Positions 44,110-53,266 of a stretch of 64,000 nucleotides of DNA are shown one piece after another. The position numbers and the translations under genes were made by a program. The stretch is from an uncultured virus (IMG/VR IMGVR_UViG_3300021559_000006). Taxonomy: Duplodnaviria; Heunggongvirae; Uroviricota; Caudoviricetes. The notes beneath the pieces were generated by a model, which saw nothing but the letters and a program-made list of their open reading frames with translations, ran no database searches and was not told the DNA's origin. The first letter of the stretch is position 1; the number at the start of each line of letters is the position of its first letter. The DNA is taken from the IMG/VR virus record IMGVR_UViG_3300021559_000006; one strand, 5' to 3'.

Positions 44110-44486
44110 GCCGGGCTCCCGGGCTTGGGCATGGCGCGGCAGGTGCTGGCGTGGGCTTGGGCCCAGTCCTTGGCGCCCTGGAGGGTTCGTGAGTCCTCGG
44201 TGCGGCCCCAGTCGGACTTGATGGTTTCGGTCTTCTTGGTCTCCCCGCAGCCGGTGCAGGTGGCCGTGCAGACCGCGTAGCGAACGTCCTTGTCGACGCC
44301 CGAGAGGGTCGGCTGGCGGCGGGTTTCTTCCTGGGTCTGGTTGACGTCGACGGTCGTGCGGCCGTCGAACGACCCTGCGACGGTGAGATAGCGGGCGATC
44401 ACCCCGGGTTCCCAGGCGGTGGCTTCTTCGGCTGCGCGTCGGGCGAGTTCGCCGTTGGGGCCGTACAGCCAGTCGGGGCTGCTCAT
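44106..44486 (-). CDS. Zinc-binding hypothetical protein typical of actinomycete integrative elements
   Basis: ARYLTVAG...CTGC...WAQAHASTCRAMP. Confidence 0.65.
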   Translation of the reverse strand: MSSPDWLYGPNGELARRAAEEATAWEPGVIARYLTVAGSFDGRTTVDVNQTQEETRRQPTLSGVDKDVRYAVCTATCTGCGETKKTETIKSDWGRTEDSRTLQGAKDWAQAHASTCRAMPKPGSPA

Positions 44487-44897
44487 GCCGCGCTCCCGCC
44501 GCTGGGTCCGCGCTGGCCGGGAACAGGCAGGGGGATGACGCGGCGGTTGTCCCAGTCGTCGCCCTGCCCGAAGGCCCGATTGGCGTGCGGCTGGCCAATG
44601 CGGTCGCCTTGGGGCTGGAGTCGACCGAAGGCCTTGTCGTAGGCGCCGCGGTTGAAGCTGGCCACGAGGGGACGCCGCGCGGTCGGGCCGGGGACGGGGC
44701 GGAGGGACGCGCCCGGGGTACGGCGGGGCAGCGTGGTCACCGTGCCGGTGCGCGGTGGATCTGTCCGAACTGTCGTCACGTCTGTACCATGCGAAACCAT
44801 GGGCTTGCCTTCCCGTCAAGGTCACAGGCTTGCTCTAAGGCCCCCGCCTCGTTGCCTCAGAAACCACGAGACGGGGGCCGCTCTCTGTCGGAAGAGC

Positions 44898-44915
44898 GTG
44901 CTTCCATGGAAGCAC
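44898..44915. promoter_or_regulatory. Perfect 18-bp palindrome GTGCTTCCATGGAAGCAC (operator candidate)
   Basis: Exact palindrome between the divergent transfer operon and a regulator gene. Confidence 0.65.
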
Positions 44916-44939
44916 TGATATTGACTTGAGGTCAAGGTC

Positions 44940-45242
44940 ATGGGAGACAATGTCGGCGTGCCCGCAAATGAGCCAGCCGCGAAGAGGGAGGTGCAGGAGT
45001 TGGTGACCCTTGCCGAGATCGCCAGACGCGTCGTCGAACTGGGGTACGCGCGGACGATGAGCAAGGAGCGCGTCAGCCAGCTCTCGAAGACCGACCCTCG
45101 CTGGCCCGTTCCGCGTGAGGACTGGAAGAAGCTCGGCCCGTACTTCCAGATCCCTTGGCCGCCGATCGAGGAGTACTTCCGCAACCGGAACCCAGTGCAT
45201 GGCGTGCATCTGAACCGGAAGACCGACCCGCCGACCGAGTAG
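44940..45242 (+). CDS. Small HTH-like regulator divergent from the transfer operon
   Basis: LVTLAEIARR...MSKERVSQL..TDPRWP. Confidence 0.7.
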   Translation: MGDNVGVPANEPAAKREVQELVTLAEIARRVVELGYARTMSKERVSQLSKTDPRWPVPREDWKKLGPYFQIPWPPIEEYFRNRNPVHGVHLNRKTDPPTE

Positions 45243-45401
45243 CCGGACCCACGGAAGCGCCCTCGATCACGTCGATCGGGGGCGTTTTTCGCGCGCCCGC
45301 AGTAGGGGTGTGCGTGTCCAATTGATCTGCATATGAGCGTATTGACACGCTTTCAGATCTTGTGTCACCTTCGGCCACGTCACCCAACCGAAGGAGTAGC
45401 C

Positions 45402-46067
45402 ATGGCGCGCGGTCGTCTCGCCGAGTACCACCCGTTCCAGGCAGCGAAGCTGCTGCACGTGTCGGACGCCCAGTTCACGTGGGCCCGGCACGCGAAGCTG
45501 ATCCCGCCGCCGGACGCGTCCGAGGAGACGTGGTTGCGGGCCACGGTGGAGGCCATGGACCCGGCGAAGATGCGCAAGGCCCTGCCGGAGCCGGTCACCG
45601 CGGGCAGGGCCGCCGACCTGATCGCCGCATCACTGGGCATTCCGAATCCGCCGATGGGCCGGCCGAACGTTAAGGCGTGGACGGTCGAGCGCTTCGTCGC
45701 TCGCGGGCTGCTGCTGCGGCTGTCGTGGAGCCCGTGCGAGGTCAACCCGGCGCAGGTCGCGAAGCTGTGCCTGCGGAAGAACATCTGGGATCTGCTGGCC
45801 GAGGAGACACCGCTCGGCCCGGACCAGTCCGCGGCCCGGCTCCGGATCCGCCGGTCAGACTGGGACCACATCGTGCGCCTGGGCTGGATCAAGCCGAAGG
45901 ACTGGCAGAAGGTCCAGTTCGGCACCAGCAAGGCCGGGGCGGTGGACGTCCCGATCTACCGCGGCGGCGACGTGGATGCGATCCCGGGCAAGCGCAGGAA
46001 GGTCGACTGGGAGCAGCTGCGCGGATTGGGCAAGGGGCAGCGGTCACCGCTGGCGAAACTCGGCTAA
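45402..46067 (+). CDS. Hypothetical protein with repeated HTH-like segments
   Basis: AAGGAG RBS; strong codon bias. Confidence 0.7.
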   Translation: MARGRLAEYHPFQAAKLLHVSDAQFTWARHAKLIPPPDASEETWLRATVEAMDPAKMRKALPEPVTAGRAADLIAASLGIPNPPMGRPNVKAWTVERFVARGLLLRLSWSPCEVNPAQVAKLCLRKNIWDLLAEETPLGPDQSAARLRIRRSDWDHIVRLGWIKPKDWQKVQFGTSKAGAVDVPIYRGGDVDAIPGKRRKVDWEQLRGLGKGQRSPLAKLG

Positions 46068-46134
46068 AGAATCTTCCTCCGCCGCGGGGGCAACCATCCC
46101 TGCCGCGCCTATAACCAGGTGGCCGCCACAGCGC

Positions 46135-46167
46135 GGAAGGCCCGGCACCCCAGGTGCCGGGCCTTCG
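46135..46167. terminator. Hairpin between convergent transcription units
   Basis: GAAGGCCCGGCACC/GGTGCCGGGCCTTC inverted repeat. Confidence 0.75.
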
Positions 46168-46200
46168 TTGTCGCGATGACTAGTTGAAGGTATCAACACG

Positions 46201-46404
46201 TCATGCCCGAGGTTGCCCGTCGACGGCCCCGAGCGGATCCCCGGGCAGGCCCACGACCTCCGGATCCCAGCGCACCGTGTGGTTGTAGGCGGCGTCGGCG
46301 ATTGCCGTCGTGAGCGCGTCGACGTCCGCCTCGCTGGCTTCGGGCGGGAGGTAGACGCCGATGGTGTAGCCGGTCGGGTAGGTCGGGGCGGGCTGCTCGG
46401 TCAC
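46201..46404 (-). CDS. Small hypothetical protein (GYTIG motif)
   Basis: GTGA overlap; similar to the N-terminus of 59030-59551. Confidence 0.55.
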   Translation of the reverse strand: MTEQPAPTYPTGYTIGVYLPPEASEADVDALTTAIADAAYNHTVRWDPEVVGLPGDPLGAVDGQPRA

Positions 46405-46673
46405 GTCGTCTGTGCCTCGGCGTCTGTGAGCACCCTGACGGGCGTCCCGGCCATGTAGGCCCGTCCGATGCGGTAGGTGATCCGGCAGACGTAGGGCCCG
46501 GTTCCGGTGCAGGTCTCTACGAGGCACATCTCACCGTGGCTCCTGTCGCCGATGAAGACGCGGGAGTCGTCGGGGACTGGCTCAGTGAGGGTGATGATCC
46601 AGTTGGTGTCGTGGAGCGGGGTGCCGGGCCGTGCGTTGACGGGGCCGACGTTCGCGGCGAGGGTGGCGGTCAC
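46401..46673 (-). CDS. Small hypothetical protein
   Basis: GTG start, codon bias. Confidence 0.5.
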   Translation of the reverse strand: MTATLAANVGPVNARPGTPLHDTNWIITLTEPVPDDSRVFIGDRSHGEMCLVETCTGTGPYVCRITYRIGRAYMAGTPVRVLTDAEAQTT

Positions 46674-46770
46674 GTCCCCAGGATGGCACCTGTGTGGCGC
46701 GCCCCAGCCCCTTCGTAGCCGGTGCGCGCCGCCGCCATGGTAGCCAGCGCGGCGGGGCGAGCGAGGCGGG

Positions 46771-47370
46771 CTAGTCGGCGGGAGGCTCGAGGTCGTCGAC
46801 CGGCTGGGAGAGACTCTTACGGACAGCATCGCCGAGGGCGACCTCATCAACGTCATCCGTGCCAGCCGCCTTGAGATACCCGGCGATTGTGCGCCCCGTC
46901 GCCCTGATGCCGACTGTCGCGCGATAGGCACGTCGACCAGCTGGGCGGGACCAGGTCTGGAAGTCGTTCCACACTTCGCCGTCGTCGTCGGCGGGCAGGT
47001 CGTCCTCGAGCGGGCGTTCGCCGAGGAGCCAGTTCCAGGCGATGTCTGCGCCGATCTCGCCGGCCGATGTGATGGGGGTCGAGTCGTGCTGGTCTGCGGT
47101 CGGCGGCAGCAGGAGCGCGGTCGGACTGACGCGTAGGGCGAGGGCGATGACGATGAGGTCGTCGACGTCGACCTTGCGTTGGCCGAGCTCGAGCTTGGTG
47201 ATGCTCGAGGCGGTGATGGGTCGGCCGGCGTCCTCGAGGAGCTTGGCGAGCTGGATTGTGGTGAGTCCTCGAGCGTTGCGGAGGCGCGCGACGTTGCGGG
47301 CCACGGTCATGCCGCTGGGGCCGACGCCGTTGACCTGCCGCGATTCTCTGCGCGCTCCATGTGCTTCCAC
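46771..47370 (-). CDS. XRE-family HTH immunity repressor
   Basis: NVARLRNARGLTTIQLA...SITKLELGQRKVDVDDL. Confidence 0.88.
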   Translation of the reverse strand: MEAHGARRESRQVNGVGPSGMTVARNVARLRNARGLTTIQLAKLLEDAGRPITASSITKLELGQRKVDVDDLIVIALALRVSPTALLLPPTADQHDSTPITSAGEIGADIAWNWLLGERPLEDDLPADDDGEVWNDFQTWSRPAGRRAYRATVGIRATGRTIAGYLKAAGTDDVDEVALGDAVRKSLSQPVDDLEPPAD

Positions 47371-47485
47371 ATTGGCAGTCTTCCACGCGATCTACGCAGT
47401 CGGCCATCGCTACTTGTGGAATGCAGTCGCATGGAGGTGTACACTTCTTGTTAGGAAGTGGCTTATGTTGCGAGAGAAGAGATCA

Positions 47486-47704
47486 GTGACTATTCCTGTC
47501 CATGCAGCTACAGATCCTGACGAGTTCCTCAAGCCCGCTGAGGCATCGCAGGTCGTCAAGCTCACCGTCCGCACCCTCGCCACCATGCGCAGCGAAGGCC
47601 GCGGACCCGCCTACACCAAGCTCAGCCCCGGGCGCTCAGGCCACGTCCGCTACAAGCATCGCGACCTCATCGCCTGGCTGAACCGCAACCAGATCCCCGC
47701 GTAG
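47486..47704 (+). CDS. Cro/excisionase-like HTH protein
   Basis: LKPAEAS...TLATMRSEGRGPAYTK...VRY; divergent from the repressor. Confidence 0.85.
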   Translation: MTIPVHAATDPDEFLKPAEASQVVKLTVRTLATMRSEGRGPAYTKLSPGRSGHVRYKHRDLIAWLNRNQIPA

Positions 47705-47738
47705 CACCTCCCACTGGCGCGACCTGAGAGAGCCCCGC

Positions 47739-49724
47739 GTGACCTGGAACGACAACCCCGAAGACGAACCGTCACCCCGGTTCGAGGTCCCACGCGACCG
47801 CCAGGCAGAACACATGGTCCTGGCGGGCGTCATGGCCAGCCCCGCCGCCTACCCGGAAGCCGCCTCGCTGCTCCAGCGCGCCGACTTCCCGTTCGACCCC
47901 GAGCGGGCGATCTGGGACGCCATCACCGACCAGGCCCGCGCCGGAGACCCGCTCGAGCCGGCCGCGATCCTCAAGCGCCTCGAGACTACGAAGGCGCGCG
48001 TCGACCGGGACTTCTTCCTCAAGCTGGCCACCGCGCCGGTGACCGGCGGGACCGTCGGCTACTACGCCGAAGAGATGCTCGTCGCCAGCGAGCTGCGCCC
48101 CTTCGCGGACCTGCTCGGCCAACTCGGCGTTGCACTGACGGAGAAGGCCGTGCGAGCCAGCACGCTGCGCCGACTTGTGAACGAGAAGCTCGAGGAGTCC
48201 CGGCTCGTCTCCGTTCCCGGTACCGCGCGGCTGCCCAGTGGTGGCCGCTGGCCGGACCCGCTTCCGCTCGAGAACCCGCCGCCGCCCGCGCTCGACGCCG
48301 GGCTGCTCGGCGGCATCGGGGAGATGGCGCAGGCCGTGTCCACGTCGCTTCAGGTCCCGGTCGACCTGCCCGCATTCCTGGGCTTGGCGGTTGCCTCTGC
48401 CGCGATCGGCGGCCGACGACTGGTCAGTCCGAAGCCGGACTGGATCGAGGTCGTGACTCTGTACACCATGCCTGTCGCCGCGCCGGGCGAGATGAAGTCG
48501 CCTGCCCTGTCGCTGATGGCTGGTCCGCTGTACCGGGCGCAGTCCTCGAGGCGCAAGGAGGCCGAGGAGTCGATCAGCAAGGACGCTACCGAGCGGCACC
48601 TTGCCGAGGCGCGCATCAAAGGCGCGGAGGCGAGGTTCGTCAAGGCGTTCGACCAGAAGGGCATGGAGACGGCCAAGGCGCAGATGAAGATGGCGCAGGA
48701 CGAGCTTGCGATGCTCGGCGAGGCTCCGGTGATGCCTCAGATGCTCGCGGACGACACCACACCGGAGGCCCTGGCGGACATCATGCTCGAGCAGGACGAC
48801 CGCATGGCGATCCTCTCAACCGAGGGCAGCTTCCTCGGCAACATCGCCGGGCGGTACTCGTCGGGGACGGCGAACCCGGAGATCGCGCTCAAGAGCTGGA
48901 ACCAGGAACCGCACCCGATCAACCGCAAGGGACGCTCGGTCATCCTCGAGCACCCGAACCTGACGCTCGGCCTCGCTGCGCAGCCGGGTCTGCTCACCGG
49001 CCTCGGGAAGTCGGCGGCGGTGTTCGAGGAGCGCGGCTTGATGGGACGGTTCCTGTTCGCGATGCCTGCCTCGAGGGTCGGCCTGCGTGACTACGACTCC
49101 GAGAAGATCAGCGACACGGTCAAGGACGCCTACGAGTCGAGCATCAAGACGATGGTCGCCCGGATCTGGGCCGACAAGCAGCGGCGCACGCTCGAGTTGG
49201 ACCCCAAGGCGGCGGACTCGTTCCGCTCGTTCTGGCTCGAGCTCGAGCCGCGTCACGCTGAGACCGGTGACCTTGCGTCGGTGGAGGGCTGGGCGAAGAA
49301 GCTTCCGGGGCAGGTGCTGCGGATCGCGTCGGTCCTCGAGCTGTTCGCCGAGCCGGCGTCGATGACGGTGGGCGGGGCGGCGATGGATGACGCGATCGCC
49401 TTGGTGCCGTATCTGGTGGCGCACGCGCGGCTGGTGGCGGACTTGATGACGGGTCAGCGGCGCTCGAGCCTGGGGCCTGCTCGAGACATCCTCGAGTGGC
49501 TGCGGTCGACGCGGACTGAGGTGTTCGCGGTCGCGGAGGTGCAGCGGGCGCTCCATGGTCGGTCGTGGTGCTCGGATGCCTCGAGCGTCGAGTCGGCGGT
49601 GGCTGTGCTCGAAGAGCGCTACTGGGTGTCGGCGGTGCCTGCGCCTGAGCGTGCTACTGGGTCGCGTGGTCGTCCGCCGAAGCCTCGGTTCGCGGTGCAT
49701 CCGTCGGTGTGGGCGGGGGAGTGA
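47739..49724 (+). CDS. Replication protein: DnaB N-terminal-like domain fused to a DUF3987/YfjI-like helicase domain
   Basis: VPRDRQAEHMVLAG (DnaB-N); WPDPLPL; APGEMKSP; DDTTPEAL; GLMGRFL. Confidence 0.82.
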   Translation: MTWNDNPEDEPSPRFEVPRDRQAEHMVLAGVMASPAAYPEAASLLQRADFPFDPERAIWDAITDQARAGDPLEPAAILKRLETTKARVDRDFFLKLATAPVTGGTVGYYAEEMLVASELRPFADLLGQLGVALTEKAVRASTLRRLVNEKLEESRLVSVPGTARLPSGGRWPDPLPLENPPPPALDAGLLGGIGEMAQAVSTSLQVPVDLPAFLGLAVASAAIGGRRLVSPKPDWIEVVTLYTMPVAAPGEMKSPALSLMAGPLYRAQSSRRKEAEESISKDATERHLAEARIKGAEARFVKAFDQKGMETAKAQMKMAQDELAMLGEAPVMPQMLADDTTPEALADIMLEQDDRMAILSTEGSFLGNIAGRYSSGTANPEIALKSWNQEPHPINRKGRSVILEHPNLTLGLAAQPGLLTGLGKSAAVFEERGLMGRFLFAMPASRVGLRDYDSEKISDTVKDAYESSIKTMVARIWADKQRRTLELDPKAADSFRSFWLELEPRHAETGDLASVEGWAKKLPGQVLRIASVLELFAEPASMTVGGAAMDDAIALVPYLVAHARLVADLMTGQRRSSLGPARDILEWLRSTRTEVFAVAEVQRALHGRSWCSDASSVESAVAVLEERYWVSAVPAPERATGSRGRPPKPRFAVHPSVWAGE

Positions 49725-49726
49725 GC

Positions 49727-49917
49727 GACTTGTTTCCCTTTTTTCACCGTCCTCCGTAGGTAGTGAGTTGAAGTCTGGGTTCTTTCACCAGGGCCCTAAA
49801 TACGGTTTTGAACAGTAACTATAACTATATGTAACTACTTCTGACTCTCCGTATCCATCTGCTCCCCCTGATTCAACTCACTACCTCCCGAAGGCAGTGA
49901 AAAAAGCGAAATAAGTC
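49727..49917. other. Putative replication origin: 46-bp inverted repeats flanking an AT-rich core
   Basis: 49727-49772 vs 49872-49917 match at 39/46; TAACTA repeats in the spacer. Confidence 0.65.
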
Positions 49918-49980
49918 CCTCGGGGCACACGCGCTCGAGCGGTGCCGCCCATCCCAGTCAGCCTCTTGAAGGAGCACCAC

Positions 49981-50790
49981 ATGCCCAAGCAGCTCACCGT
50001 CCACAACGCCACCATCACCACGGCCTCGGTTCAGGTGAAGACCCTCACTATCAGCGGCAAGCAGGTGACCCTCGCGGTGTTCCGGCAGCTCCGCGAGGAG
50101 CAGCTCGTCGCGGACGACGGCACCCTGAACGGCGTCCCCTGGGGCTACGTCAACTACCACCCCGACAAGTGCGAGAGCGGCAACCCGCACCTGCACGTTG
50201 TCTGGCAGAACGGCGACGACCTACTCCGCGCCAGGGTGGATACGAAGCCAGGCTTCGAATGGAAGGGATCGGACGGGCACGCCCATGTACCGGTCGAGGC
50301 CAGCCAGTACCTCGCCAGCCAGGTGAGGGAGTGGATGCACGGTCGCACGGATGACTGCCCCGTCGACATCGACGAGAGCGGCCGAAGTCGCTTCGGCCGG
50401 CGCGCCGAGGGGCAGCCCATGGGAAGTCCGTACGGGTTCCCGGTCTGGGCGAAAGTGACGCCCTCTATGGCCCGAGCCATCGACGCCAAGGAGGAGGCTG
50501 ACGCGTCGGAGCGCCTCCTTGAAGGCATGCTGGAGTCGGGGATGCGGTACGGCATGCCAGTCACGCCGGAGCACATTGCCGAGCGCCGTGCCGATACGGC
50601 CAAGGCGCTGGAGGGGTTCGCCGACGTGCGGACCGCCATGGATGCGGAGATCGGTCAGCTTGGCCTGAGTCATGGCCAGCTCGCAGAGGCGATGAACGCA
50701 GCCGTCCACGCGGAGCACCTGCGTCGTCAGCGTCACCGCGATGTCCGTACCGCGCTGGCTGACCTGCCGCAACTGTTCATCGCCGTCTGA
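49981..50790 (+). CDS. Hypothetical phage protein
   Basis: AAGGAG RBS; KQVTLAVFRQL...PWGYVNYH motif. Confidence 0.7.
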   Translation: MPKQLTVHNATITTASVQVKTLTISGKQVTLAVFRQLREEQLVADDGTLNGVPWGYVNYHPDKCESGNPHLHVVWQNGDDLLRARVDTKPGFEWKGSDGHAHVPVEASQYLASQVREWMHGRTDDCPVDIDESGRSRFGRRAEGQPMGSPYGFPVWAKVTPSMARAIDAKEEADASERLLEGMLESGMRYGMPVTPEHIAERRADTAKALEGFADVRTAMDAEIGQLGLSHGQLAEAMNAAVHAEHLRRQRHRDVRTALADLPQLFIAV

Positions 50791-50821
50791 CGGCCGCTTC
50801 AAGGACATGGCGCACGGCTGA

Positions 50822-50998
50822 TCAGCCGTCGGGGCTGGCGGGCTTGGGTGGCGTGGAGACGTACCGGTGCAGGGCGGTGAGGATCACGTCCGTCAGCGTG
50901 ACGCCTTCCTCGGCGGCTTTGGCTTGGGCGGCGTGCCAAAGCCCGTCGGGTACGCGGACGTTGCGGACGGGTGTGATGCCGGTCTTGCGTCCTGCCAT
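50822..50998 (-). CDS. Ribbon-helix-helix repressor
   Basis: TPVRNVRVPDGLW...LTDVILTALHRY; GGAGGAGG RBS. Confidence 0.75.
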   Translation of the reverse strand: MAGRKTGITPVRNVRVPDGLWHAAQAKAAEEGVTLTDVILTALHRYVSTPPKPASPDG

Positions 50999-51054
50999 GG
51001 TCGCCTCCTCCGTTGCTGTACTTACAAACATAGCATCCCGTCTGTGGATACTGC

Positions 51055-51083
51055 TTGACAAGGGGGCGTCGGGGGAGCATTCT
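51055..51083 (+). promoter_or_regulatory. Early promoter TTGACA-N17-CATTCT with flanking operators
   Basis: Consensus -35 box and 17-nt spacer; operator-like repeats at 51016-51030 and 51082-51096. Confidence 0.75.
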
Positions 51084-51124
51084 GTAAGTACAAACAAGGG
51101 ACGCGAACAGCCAAGGAGTCGAAG

Positions 51125-51565
51125 ATGTCGAACCTCACCACCACCCAGGACGAGATCAACGCCGACATCACCGACGTCCTGCTCAACGGCGAGATCGTCG
51201 CCGACATCCTCGACGAGCACGGCGTCATCGCCAGCCGCGGCCGGTACGCCGCCCGCTGCAACGGTGCCGTCTCCTTCCACGCCACCCAGGACGAGGCCCT
51301 GGTCGCGGTCCGCAACCTCCTCGGCCTGGGTGCCGAGCCCGAGTGGCGCACCCTCAAGGGCGTCGCCACCCCGTTCCAGGTGCTCGTCACCGACACCAAG
51401 CGGCTGATCCCGACCCGCGACCGCCGCACCCCGACCGGCGTCCCGGTCACCGTGGCCCGGGTCGAGAAGGCCGGCGGATGCGCCACCGGCTACACCGCCG
51501 ACGGACGACGCGTCAGCTTCAACGGCAACGCGACCCGCATGTGGGTCATCGCGGAGGCCGCCTGA
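51125..51565 (+). CDS. Hypothetical protein, first gene of the early operon
   Basis: AAGGAG RBS; strong codon bias. Confidence 0.7.
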   Translation: MSNLTTTQDEINADITDVLLNGEIVADILDEHGVIASRGRYAARCNGAVSFHATQDEALVAVRNLLGLGAEPEWRTLKGVATPFQVLVTDTKRLIPTRDRRTPTGVPVTVARVEKAGGCATGYTADGRRVSFNGNATRMWVIAEAA

Positions 51566-51942
51566 TGAAGCGCGGCAAGCCGGTGCCCGTCACCGCCGAC
51601 AACCTGCTGATGCCCGCCCTGGTCGCCGACTTCATACGCGACCACGTCCTGCCTCCGGGCATAGCAGACCAGATCCATCTGCGGTTCTGCTGGTGCGAGG
51701 TCACCCTGTGCGGGGCCTGCGAGCACGGCGACCACCCGAAGTGCCTGAGCCTCCTGCCCGGTCGGGAGCGCTGGCACGACGGCGGCGGTGCCGGGTTCTT
51801 CATCGGCAAGGACGGCTTCGGCCGGCCCGGCTACCCCGAGGTCCACTACGCAGACCGGCTCTGCTGGTGGACGTGCACCTGCGAACCGTGCCGCGCCCTG
51901 CTCGCCGCCCGTCGGCCGGTCAAGCAGCTCGCCATCTTCTAA
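51565..51942 (+). CDS. Cys-rich hypothetical protein
   Basis: TGATG coupling; CGACEHGDHPKC. Confidence 0.6.
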   Translation: MKRGKPVPVTADNLLMPALVADFIRDHVLPPGIADQIHLRFCWCEVTLCGACEHGDHPKCLSLLPGRERWHDGGGAGFFIGKDGFGRPGYPEVHYADRLCWWTCTCEPCRALLAARRPVKQLAIF

Positions 51943-51969
51943 TCCACCCTCGAACGAAAGAGAGACACC

Positions 51970-52221
51970 ATGACCGACACCGCCGTTGAGCCCACACTTG
52001 CCGAGCCCGCCACCCAGTGGCCGTGCAGCCGGACCGGATGCCCGAAGCCCGCTGTGGCCGCTGCCCGATTCCACAATCAGGCGGGCCACGTCCACGACTG
52101 CTCCCAGCACATCGCAGAACTGCGCGAGTGGACCGACGTCGCTGAAGTCGTCCCACTGCCTTGCCCCTTCTCGCATGGCGACGGGACTACTTGGATCGAC
52201 GACCCGAAGGAACTGACGTGA
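51970..52221 (+). CDS. Small zinc-finger-like protein
   Basis: C....C...C..H pattern. Confidence 0.55.
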   Translation: MTDTAVEPTLAEPATQWPCSRTGCPKPAVAAARFHNQAGHVHDCSQHIAELREWTDVAEVVPLPCPFSHGDGTTWIDDPKELT

Positions 52222-52667
52222 CCGATGACCTGCGGGAGTTCGTGATCGCCCGCCTCGGCGAGCAAGAGAAGCGCCTGTGGCACATGAGGAAGCAGGTCAT
52301 CGAGCACATCTGGTGCGCCTTCCCCTCTGACATGAGCGGCTGGCGGATCGGCATCGCCAACGGTCAGGCTGACGGCTGGACCGTTGCCCGGGGCATGGAG
52401 CAGGCCGCCGCCGAGTACGTCGTCGCGCTTGCCACGCCGGACCAGGTTCGCGCCGATCTGGCGTCCAAGCGGCGGATCATCGCACGGCACGCGCCTGCGC
52501 CCGGCGGCGAAGAGCTGGCGATGCCGTCCTACTGCGCCGCACACGCCTACAGGCACCGCGACGGCACGGTCACGTACCTGGTCGCACTGAAGGACTGCCC
52601 GGAGTTGCGCGACCTCGCCGCGCCCTACGCCTACCATCCCGGCTACCGCGAGGAGTGGAAGCCGTAA
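52218..52667 (+). CDS. DUF6221-like protein
   Basis: DLREFVIARL...SKRRII...LAAPYAYHPGYREEWKP. Confidence 0.75.
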   Translation: MTDDLREFVIARLGEQEKRLWHMRKQVIEHIWCAFPSDMSGWRIGIANGQADGWTVARGMEQAAAEYVVALATPDQVRADLASKRRIIARHAPAPGGEELAMPSYCAAHAYRHRDGTVTYLVALKDCPELRDLAAPYAYHPGYREEWKP

Positions 52668-52819
52668 CCCGCTCCCGCCCGCCCACTGTGGCCCAAAACA
52701 CGTGCTGACCTGCGGGTTTGCGGGCGGGGAGTGTGGCCGAACGCTAGCGGACGGACCGTCAAACGCGGGACCATAGAACCAGCCCAAATGCGGATCAACT
52801 CCCATGAAAGGTAACCCTC

Positions 52820-53263
52820 ATGCCCGACACCGAACCCTCGACCACGACGCTCGTGTACGCGATCGAGCACCCGCGCGAAGCCTTCCCCGGCGAGACCTGG
52901 CGCCTCACTTACGGCACCCGGACCGACCTCACCGTCGACGACGTGCCCGCGCTCGCGATCGAAGTCGCCCGGGACGCGCGGGTCGGGCACTCGTACTACA
53001 CCGGGCCGCTCACCGTGTCCGTCTGGGAGGCCCGCGAGGACGAGCACTACCGGCTGCCTGTGCCGGAGAACGCCGCCGTGTACGGCTTCCCCGCGAGCCG
53101 GCCGGACGCCAACAACGAGGGCCGCGTGTCCCCGGATGCGGGCAACCCTCACGCCTGCAACTGCAATGGTGCGTGGCATGCGATGCAGGACCACTGCGTG
53201 ACCTGGCCCTGCCCCGGCTGCAACCACATCTGCCCCCGCGAGCGTGGCGCTGGGGAGGACTGA
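52820..53263 (+). CDS. Hypothetical protein with Cys-rich C-terminus
   Basis: GAAAGG RBS; codon bias. Confidence 0.6.
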   Translation: MPDTEPSTTTLVYAIEHPREAFPGETWRLTYGTRTDLTVDDVPALAIEVARDARVGHSYYTGPLTVSVWEAREDEHYRLPVPENAAVYGFPASRPDANNEGRVSPDAGNPHACNCNGAWHAMQDHCVTWPCPGCNHICPRERGAGED

Positions 53264-53266
53264 GCC

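Noticed and set aside
46771..47704. Integrase expected beside the repressor and excisionase-like genes
   Set aside because: No tyrosine or serine recombinase motifs found in the window; it may lie outside
52670..52735. Hairpin containing CTGACCTGCGG, also seen at 20125-20135
   Set aside because: Looks like a common actinomycete intergenic motif or terminator; two copies do not support a specific system
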